The notes below the pieces were generated by a model. It worked only from the letters and a program-made list of their open reading frames with translations, was not told where the DNA came from and made no database searches. Source: a virus (taxonomy: Duplodnaviria; Caudoviricetes). Taken from it: a stretch of DNA of 64,000 bases. Positions 57,367 through 64,000 of this stretch are shown here, in pieces. Both the position numbers and the translations under genes were made by a program. Position 1 is the first letter of the stretch, and every line of letters starts with the position of its first letter. The DNA is taken from positions 155,690-219,689 of the IMG/VR virus record IMGVR_UViG_3300005076_000002. One strand, given 5' to 3'.

Positions 57367-57765
57367 GTGAATCAGACTACACTACTCCACGTAGAAAATG
57401 GAGAGCACTACGCATTCATCGGCGTGACCGATGCGATGTCAGGTCGCCTGGAAGTTCAGGCGGCGACTTTTGGGAATCGCGTTCATCTGTTCCATCAGAA
57501 GGACGTACGTGGCTCTGCCTCGAACTACTTCAATAATAAAGACCATCGACGTTTGGTAGGGAAAGCCAGGAGTCGTGGTTCGATCACCGAAGTGATCAGC
57601 TGGGATAAAACCGAGCTCAGTGTCATCAAGAGAGGGCCTGAGCTTAACGTGCTTTGTGTGCAGAATGGGGAAGATATCTCTACGCTGTTTGTCAAGGTAC
57701 TGATGGGGCAAGTTGGTAACATTGCTCAACTTGCATTAACTAACACCGCGAAGAAAGAGGGCTAA
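57367..57765 (+). CDS. Hypothetical protein
   Basis: AAGGAG RBS; GTG start. Confidence 0.7.
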   Translation: MNQTTLLHVENGEHYAFIGVTDAMSGRLEVQAATFGNRVHLFHQKDVRGSASNYFNNKDHRRLVGKARSRGSITEVISWDKTELSVIKRGPELNVLCVQNGEDISTLFVKVLMGQVGNIAQLALTNTAKKEG

Positions 57766-57767
57766 TT

Positions 57768-58202
57768 ATGAACCTCGCGTCGTTCAAGCGGGGGCTAACA
57801 AATACCATGTTGACCTCCGCTAATGGGCAACTGGCCATGAGAGTAGTAAAGGGTGAAGATCACCGCAGTAAGGTGTTCTATTTAATCGTAGACGCCACGA
57901 TGTTGGTCTATCCTCGAACGTACGATGTAAATGTGCAAGAAAGTCAATACAACAAACTCGTTGTGTTGGCCAAGGACATGAACGTCGGCGTGGAGGTGAA
58001 AGCCACTACAGTTATCGAAGACGTTAAGCTGCATTTCTGCGTAACGCACTTCGAGAAGGTGTGGCATGACGGCACGGTGGCTCAATGCCATGTCGACAAT
58101 CCCTATCTGTTAGAATGGCTAGTTGGAACGCGAAGGTCAGATGGTACCCCGGTTGAAGGGCGCCAATACTGGTCTTCGCATGTAGACCATCCACAACCTT
58201 AA
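57768..58202 (+). CDS. Hypothetical protein
   Basis: GAGG RBS. Confidence 0.7.
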   Translation: MNLASFKRGLTNTMLTSANGQLAMRVVKGEDHRSKVFYLIVDATMLVYPRTYDVNVQESQYNKLVVLAKDMNVGVEVKATTVIEDVKLHFCVTHFEKVWHDGTVAQCHVDNPYLLEWLVGTRRSDGTPVEGRQYWSSHVDHPQP

Positions 58203-58214
58203 GAGGAATAAAAA

Positions 58215-58589
58215 TTGAAAGACCTGTTGACGATCCGTGATGCTGTGGTAGCAGCAGTAAAGGCTAACCCGGCAAGCACGGAAACTCACCTGGGGTTCGA
58301 GGTAATGTTTGCGGGACTGAAAGGTCCCGCCGTTACTTCGGCTTACGTTGAGACCAAACAAGAGCGTTCCACACGACATGAGATCTCTATCATGTCTGGT
58401 GAAACCACGGTGACGATCACGTTCATCGAAAACGGTAAAGTGTTCATGACACTGCCTGGCGAAATGAAGCGCGGTAATAAGGAGTATTCCTTCCGCTGCA
58501 ATCACTCTACTGTCATCTTCGATGATGCCGGGATGGTAGAGGGTCCGGTAGTTCGTGAAATCATCAACGGCATCAAGCACTTTATCTAG
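58215..58589 (+). CDS. Hypothetical protein
   Basis: GAGGA RBS; TTG start. Confidence 0.7.
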   Translation: MKDLLTIRDAVVAAVKANPASTETHLGFEVMFAGLKGPAVTSAYVETKQERSTRHEISIMSGETTVTITFIENGKVFMTLPGEMKRGNKEYSFRCNHSTVIFDDAGMVEGPVVREIINGIKHFI

Positions 58590-58598
58590 GAGCAAACA

Positions 58599-59942
58599 AT
58601 GTCTAAGTCAGTGAAAGAACTGATTTACGATTACCTGCGCAATGGTAAGGAAGCAACCGTCGCAGGAAAAATGCATTACTTCGATCAGCTGCGGGCGATG
58701 TTTAACGACATCGCAAAAGACCGTGTCGTCACAACTCCCCAAATCGTTTTGTCGCCATCTGCGATCGGACGTCGTTTCGACGATGAGAAATTTACGGAGA
58801 TTCGCGAAGGGATTTATGGCGCGATGACACAGGGCTTAATGGCCCACCGCCTCACTTCTGAATTCACTCGCGGGCGTGAAACTTCTAAAGCCACCCCTGC
58901 CGACGTGGCAGCCAACTATATGCTGAACTTTATGCGAGATATGCACAAAGGTCGCGGTTTAGTTCATATCAGTTCCTGTAGTGATTGGGATGGCGACGTC
59001 CTTTCTGAATCAATGTATGACAATTTGCAATCCGCGGAGAAAACAATGTACTACACTATTAAACCGCTGAATACCGAACTGTTCCACAACGAAATCCAGG
59101 TTCTCCACAATCTCAACAATGGCTTTAGCGGCGGTCTGCTGTCTATTATGGGACATAGCCTGGATTGCGTGTTTGGTAAAATGCTGAGGTCTATGGCTGA
59201 GCTCGGCACTCCGAGCATTCGCCTGGACGGTAGTCATCGCTTTACTGAAATGGTCGTGGATGGGATTTTCCCCTACGCCACACCGGAGGTGACTGTCACT
59301 GCACCCACCGAAACTAACCCCAACGTAGTCCTCACTGTTGTGGTTGACGCACGACGTACCGACGTAGCCACGCCGTGCTTTGCAGTAGAAATCGGCATGC
59401 ATGAAGACGATGCGCCCGAGGGGAATAATGCAGACCTGATCAACATCCTCCGGCAGGCTACTGCATTCTCCAACATCATCGTTAACAATATCTTCTACGG
59501 TAATATTCCGGTACGCAATGCCCTGTGTGGTCCGTATATCGACCGTGTGGAGCCTTTCAGTTCCCGCCGGACGCGTAAAAATACCGGTCTGTGTATCGAT
59601 GATCTGTACGCCACTGCCGGGCGTTATGCAGAAACGCTGCTGAGCAACAACGTCGTTCGTCAAGAGTACCTCAAGACGCTCAAGAATGCCGGCGTTGATC
59701 TCTTTGACGATATCTGGCATGACACCACTGCGTTCTGGGACGAAGTGCAAGGCGGCTGGGTTATCCACCCGGTGCTGCTCGACGACCTCGATCGTCGCTT
59801 TACCGTCTTCGTTACCGAGGATGAGTTGGTCTATTCGCAGTTCCCGTCCACCTATCGCCGGGCGGTTCGTGAAGAAAACCGCAGAAAGGCTGCTGATGTT
59901 GCCGAGGCGTTCTTCGGCGCTCGTCTGGAAAACAAAGCGTAA
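58599..59942 (+). CDS. Hypothetical protein
   Basis: AGGAG RBS; 447 aa. Confidence 0.8.
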   Translation: MSKSVKELIYDYLRNGKEATVAGKMHYFDQLRAMFNDIAKDRVVTTPQIVLSPSAIGRRFDDEKFTEIREGIYGAMTQGLMAHRLTSEFTRGRETSKATPADVAANYMLNFMRDMHKGRGLVHISSCSDWDGDVLSESMYDNLQSAEKTMYYTIKPLNTELFHNEIQVLHNLNNGFSGGLLSIMGHSLDCVFGKMLRSMAELGTPSIRLDGSHRFTEMVVDGIFPYATPEVTVTAPTETNPNVVLTVVVDARRTDVATPCFAVEIGMHEDDAPEGNNADLINILRQATAFSNIIVNNIFYGNIPVRNALCGPYIDRVEPFSSRRTRKNTGLCIDDLYATAGRYAETLLSNNVVRQEYLKTLKNAGVDLFDDIWHDTTAFWDEVQGGWVIHPVLLDDLDRRFTVFVTEDELVYSQFPSTYRRAVREENRRKAADVAEAFFGARLENKA

Positions 59943-59950
59943 TAATCAAC

Positions 59951-59980
59951 GGAGGGGTTTAACCCCTCCTTTTTTATTTT
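59951..59980 (+). terminator. Intrinsic terminator
   Basis: GGAGGGG-tttaa-CCCCTCC-T6. Confidence 0.8.
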
Positions 59981-59989
59981 GGAGTAAAA

Positions 59990-60856
59990 ATGCAACACAC
60001 TGCTATCTTTGAGAATCTTGAAGGTTCTCAGGTTCGAGTATTTAGTCCCAACACATCCCTGACCTGGCGCCAGGCTGAGCAGTTGACCATGATCACAGGT
60101 GCTATCGTCGAGTTCAGCGATCATCCTATCAAGGAGATTGTTAGCGACATGGTCGCACTCAACGTACTGTCGATGGTCTTCAAGGCTGAAGGCATGACTG
60201 CACATGGTCGCGGTTTGAGCGCACACGAAAAGATGGTGCGGGCTGGTTTCATTGACCGCACTCAGACTTTTGTAATACGACTGGATAATGATGCAGTCAC
60301 TGTTCGCTTTGGCCCCGGCTTCAATGACAACGCCTGGGGTAGTGACCTCGTGGTAGTGATTGACCGCACTATCGATACGGAGCAACAGATACTGATTCCT
60401 TCAATCAGTCGTATTAATGACGTGCTCAGTACCGTGACATGGTTCTATATGGCCGGCCTGATTACCCCCATTACTTCCAAGTTGGAAGGCCTGGTCCTCA
60501 GTCAGCAGCGTGATAGCATTATCACGAAAGTCTTTGAGCATATTAATCTGTGTCCGTTCGCCTACCTGAAAGTAAAAGAGCTGGCAGCGGAGATCAATAG
60601 CATAGTCGGTAATGCCATGGAAGATTACGGCATCAGCATCTACGATCTATCCGCACGTTGGCCGGCAGAGCGTAATGAGTTCGGCGTATGGAAAATCGAC
60701 CTTTCCGATTCTCCTGCACGGGTCAACGAAATCGTGATCGATGAAGATACATTGCTCTGCAACTTCCACTACGCCAGAACCGAGCTGCGCTCACAGCTGG
60801 CAATAGAATCCATCATCAAAGCTTGGGAGGCTACTGTATGGACGCAAGTAAACTGA
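59990..60856 (+). CDS. Hypothetical protein
   Basis: GGAG RBS. Confidence 0.8.
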   Translation: MQHTAIFENLEGSQVRVFSPNTSLTWRQAEQLTMITGAIVEFSDHPIKEIVSDMVALNVLSMVFKAEGMTAHGRGLSAHEKMVRAGFIDRTQTFVIRLDNDAVTVRFGPGFNDNAWGSDLVVVIDRTIDTEQQILIPSISRINDVLSTVTWFYMAGLITPITSKLEGLVLSQQRDSIITKVFEHINLCPFAYLKVKELAAEINSIVGNAMEDYGISIYDLSARWPAERNEFGVWKIDLSDSPARVNEIVIDEDTLLCNFHYARTELRSQLAIESIIKAWEATVWTQVN

Positions 60857-61245
60857 TTTTTGATTTCCAGATCACCATCGACACCGCCAACTATGCCCAC
60901 ATCAATACCAGCTACGGCTGGGTTAATAAGCTGTCGTTTACGGTCTGTGGCTTCACCGAGCCCAAGGACGTGCTGGGTCGTGCTCTGGAAAAGATTGACT
61001 TCGTTCCGAGCTACAATCTTACTAACTACGAAGTGCAGGCACTCGCCGCTGCTGAATTCATGGAAAGCGTCATTGACGACATTCGTAAAGCTGGCCGTGT
61101 CACCGTGCCGCTGCGCTACCACTACCATGGGATGACGGTGAGTATTGACCCGATCATCTCTGCTGCACAACCTGCTGCGCTGGATGCGTTTGTCAATGCC
61201 GGTGAACAGCCGGAACTGGGCTACGCCCACATCACCCAGGTATAA
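60838..61245 (+). CDS. Hypothetical protein
   Basis: GGAGG RBS before ATG 60838. Confidence 0.7.
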   Translation: MDASKLIFDFQITIDTANYAHINTSYGWVNKLSFTVCGFTEPKDVLGRALEKIDFVPSYNLTNYEVQALAAAEFMESVIDDIRKAGRVTVPLRYHYHGMTVSIDPIISAAQPAALDAFVNAGEQPELGYAHITQV

Positions 61246-61287
61246 CCATCCGTAGGGGAGCTAGACTCCCCTCTTTCAGGAGTAACT

Positions 61288-61794
61288 ATGAAGACTATTG
61301 AAGTAAATTCTGAAAACGACTACATGGCTACCGCCATACCGCATATCAAGGTCATCAAAGACTTGGAAGGTATTGCCGCTATAGTCGTTCCTGGTTGCGG
61401 TGCCTATACCGTAGGCATGGCCCAACATGGGTTGCCTGACGTAGTCTGTCTGTCCACTGCACAAGGTAAGGGTTGGCAAGAAACACTCACCGGCCTCATT
61501 GTTAACTTCTTCATCCATATCAAGATGATGGAGTTCTCTGAGAAATCTGAGATCATTGTTGAGCATGACGACTACGAAGTCGCCGGTCAGTCAGCTCGGT
61601 TTAAACTGCGCCGGGTAGATGCAGAAAAGCCCTGGCAGCATTTGCTGATGCTGCGCGACAGCATGCCAAACGACCGTTTGGTACAATTGCACATCTCCGA
61701 TGACCAAAACCGAGTCTTCGGGGAATTCGCCTACGACATGAATCACAGCATGTCATCTACTCGCTTCGAGGATCGCCTCGATTTCTTTTGCTAG
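61288..61794 (+). CDS. DUF4262-like protein
   Basis: AYTVGM..HGLPDVV and LVQL..SD..NR.FGE..Y motifs. Confidence 0.55.
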   Translation: MKTIEVNSENDYMATAIPHIKVIKDLEGIAAIVVPGCGAYTVGMAQHGLPDVVCLSTAQGKGWQETLTGLIVNFFIHIKMMEFSEKSEIIVEHDDYEVAGQSARFKLRRVDAEKPWQHLLMLRDSMPNDRLVQLHISDDQNRVFGEFAYDMNHSMSSTRFEDRLDFFC

Positions 61795-61803
61795 GAGTAA
61801 ATC

Positions 61804-62616
61804 ATGGATTACGTACAGATTAATGCTTCGCCGTTCCTGCGTATTGCAGCGGACTACGATTATCGCAGCATCATTGCTTGCGCAGCGCTAGAAGAAATAG
61901 CTCGGGAAGATTCTGAGTTTAAACGCCTCCAGGAAAAGGTAACTTACGTCCAATGTGAAGACGGTGTGCATCGTGAGCCCATCTCTCGCAACTGGGCAGG
62001 CCATGGCGGCGTTTCAGCACTCTCCATGGCTATCGACTTAGGCCTTATCATTGGGGTAGCTTACAACGGTGGGACGCCCTACTACATCCGCATCGAAACC
62101 GCTTTCGGTAAACCATTGGCGATACTGAATGTACCGGCCTGGTCCGAAGTGTCGACTCGGCGTAATCGTATCGATTTGGTACCGGGCGGTTTTATTCGCG
62201 CAGTGCAGTTGATGCGCGAGTATCATTCGTTGATCGATTCACCCACCGGTAAACTCGATCTCAATAACGTCTATCCCGATTTCGACCTTGACTTGTTCGT
62301 CAGGGATGACGGTGAGCGGTTGAAGCGTAGCGACTTTGTTCGCTCGCTCCTGGGTTATCTGGAAACCCGCAATATCAGTCCTGAAAAGGGACGTATCGAC
62401 GACCTCATGAAGCTGTGCCATATTTTGCTAAATATCACGGTCAACTTCGGGGCTGTCGAAGGTGATAAGGCACTCGCGATCGAAGTTAGAGTGGATGGTA
62501 ACCCCACCATGTTCAAATTCCCGCGTGGGATCTTGGCCCATAACGTACGCGAGCAACATGTCCTCGCCGAACTTGCGCATGCACGCGCGGCATTGGCAAA
62601 CAAGCCGCTGTTCTAA
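61804..62616 (+). CDS. Hypothetical protein
   Basis: AGGAG RBS. Confidence 0.8.
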   Translation: MDYVQINASPFLRIAADYDYRSIIACAALEEIAREDSEFKRLQEKVTYVQCEDGVHREPISRNWAGHGGVSALSMAIDLGLIIGVAYNGGTPYYIRIETAFGKPLAILNVPAWSEVSTRRNRIDLVPGGFIRAVQLMREYHSLIDSPTGKLDLNNVYPDFDLDLFVRDDGERLKRSDFVRSLLGYLETRNISPEKGRIDDLMKLCHILLNITVNFGAVEGDKALAIEVRVDGNPTMFKFPRGILAHNVREQHVLAELAHARAALANKPLF

Positions 62617-62620
62617 TAAC

Positions 62621-62665
62621 GGCATAAAAGCAGGGACCCAATGGCCCCTGTTCTTTTTTTTTGCC
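62621..62665. terminator. Bidirectional terminator at the convergent junction
   Basis: GGCATAAAA-GCAGGGACC-caat-GGCCCCTGT-TC-T-run-GCC between convergent genes. Confidence 0.75.
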
Positions 62666-62666
62666 T

Positions 62667-63320
62667 TTACTTGCCTTCACCCAGAATTAGGATGCGTGCA
62701 TAGAGCTCGGTAGCCCCCAGCAGACGATCCAACCAACCGTTAGTAAAGGTCTCATTAGCTACGCGCTTTTCAGAGATCTCTACATAGTGGTTAGTATGCA
62801 TGCCCGTCAGCCCGTTAAGCAGATAGAGCAAACCACGGGGACCACGCTTGGCTACGAAGGCTTCGAGTTGGCCAAGTGTGAGCTTCCCTATGCCGCCGTC
62901 AGGGTTCTGGTCAGGATAGTCCTTACCGCCACGGTTGAGTACGTTCAGCAGTCGCTGGAGATAGCGAACTGAGGTGGTACGACCGCCGTTAATGGCGAAG
63001 TCGAACATACGCTGACAGAGCAGCGGATGGATACGATGCAAGTCATCACAACGCATCCGCTTCCACCAGCCTTCATCGTAAATGAACCAAGCCATTTCAC
63101 GATTCAGGTTGATCATCTTACCATCCCACCCGAACTTGGCCACCAGCTGAGATTTCCACTCTTGAGCAGTCTCGTAGGTAATGCCACAGTTGGTCTCACC
63201 ACCGCGATCATCCGGGTTATTTACATACCCGGCCTCCACGTTTACAGAATGGCTAATGATCCACTCTTTAGTGATGTCTTTGAGTTTGGTCTCAAAGAAC
63301 ATAACTGCATTTTCCGCCAT
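62667..63320 (-). CDS. Glycoside hydrolase family 108 endolysin with peptidoglycan-binding (PG_binding_3-like) domain
   Basis: VEAGYVNNPDDRGGETNCGIT, FDFAINGG, LQRLLN, DGGIG..T and FTNGWLDR motifs; GAGGT RBS before ATG 63320. Confidence 0.9.
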   Translation of the reverse strand: MAENAVMFFETKLKDITKEWIISHSVNVEAGYVNNPDDRGGETNCGITYETAQEWKSQLVAKFGWDGKMINLNREMAWFIYDEGWWKRMRCDDLHRIHPLLCQRMFDFAINGGRTTSVRYLQRLLNVLNRGGKDYPDQNPDGGIGKLTLGQLEAFVAKRGPRGLLYLLNGLTGMHTNHYVEISEKRVANETFTNGWLDRLLGATELYARILILGEGK

Positions 63321-63714
63321 AAGCACCTCGGCCAAATTCTTTCACAGCGGCTACCATCGGCCCAACCAAATTCAGGTCAAAGCCAAATAGTTTGCTACAG
63401 CGAATCAGGTTAACTTGAAACAGCTCATCTGCTCCCAATTTCGGATTGTGCTCATAACCAGGCAGTACGATGGCATGTCGATACATGTAGTCATGAACAA
63501 TACATGCAACGAGGTGTCGATCATACGGCTTGACTATGTTGGAGAGAAGCTGCGGTACGCTAGCACCATCCGTGTACTCGCCCTTGGGGACGGTGATCTC
63601 CGGTGTAATGAGATCTTCCAACAATACGAAACGATTGGTGATCTGATCGTAACGTAAAAGAGGGTCGGGGAGCTGTCGATAGAACAACTGTTCATCGTCA
63701 CGCGGGTTTAACAC
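63292..63714 (-). CDS. DUF1353 family protein
   Basis: ITVPKG..TDGASVP, ACIVHDYMY, ADELF and AVKEFG motifs. Confidence 0.8.
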   Translation of the reverse strand: MLNPRDDEQLFYRQLPDPLLRYDQITNRFVLLEDLITPEITVPKGEYTDGASVPQLLSNIVKPYDRHLVACIVHDYMYRHAIVLPGYEHNPKLGADELFQVNLIRCSKLFGFDLNLVGPMVAAVKEFGRGAYGGKCSYVL

Positions 63715-63723
63715 ACCGTCTCC

Positions 63724-63960
63724 TTAAAACTGCAACAGTTCAGAAATGAGTTCACGATATTGCGCGACATCCAACAAATCCGTTTCATCGATGTCGATAT
63801 CGTCGACTTCAAGGAACGGATTCATCTCAGGAGGGAGCTGATAAGGGTACGGTTCTTTGAGGAAATGCCAGTGCATCTCCGTGTAACCAAACTCGAAGCC
63901 GTTCTCAGTCCTACGAAACCATTGATGTCTGGCGCTATAAAGAGTGTGGTAGTTGGCCAC
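63724..63960 (-). CDS. Hypothetical protein
   Basis: Packs upstream of the DUF1353 gene on the minus strand. Confidence 0.6.
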   Translation of the reverse strand: MANYHTLYSARHQWFRRTENGFEFGYTEMHWHFLKEPYPYQLPPEMNPFLEVDDIDIDETDLLDVAQYRELISELLQF

Positions 63961-64000
63961 ACTCTCGTCATGCTTTTTTTGCCAGAGTTCAGAAAGCTTA

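Overview
A 64 kb segment of a large lytic phage genome. It is most consistent with a phiKZ-like (Chimalliviridae-type) jumbo phage of a gammaproteobacterial host; this is inferred from gene families and promoter architecture, and no database was searched. Almost all genes are on the + strand up to a convergent junction at ~62.6 kb. Contents: (i) seven ~330-390 aa paralogous virion/tail-type proteins in two clusters, with a conserved N-terminal half and a hypervariable C-terminal half; (ii) nucleotide and replication genes: dCTP deaminase with an N-terminal extension, thymidylate synthase, dTMP kinase, NAD-dependent DNA ligase, an HD hydrolase and a DprA/SLOG-like protein; (iii) a complete group I (IA2-like) intron at 34714-35847 in the thymidylate synthase gene, carrying a GIY-YIG homing endonuclease and inserted 21 nt upstream of the T4 td site; (iv) proteolysis-related genes: a BCS1-like membrane AAA ATPase next to an SspB adaptor, and an HslV/Ntn-like protein; (v) a GH108 endolysin with a DUF1353 gene; (vi) about 70 hypothetical genes divided into units by a family of GC-rich hairpin terminators and ten copies of a 24-nt AT-rich early-promoter motif. 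The strongest novel candidate is a promoter-to-terminator unit at ~12.0-12.17 kb with no credible ORF that folds into a long G-U-containing hairpin, i.e. a putative phage small RNA. Other leads are the modular receptor-binding-like paralog array with a 35-bp identical island at the module boundary, the AAA/SspB pair, and an HhH-like motif inside a thymidylate synthase insertion. No tRNA, CRISPR array, reverse transcriptase or integrase was seen.
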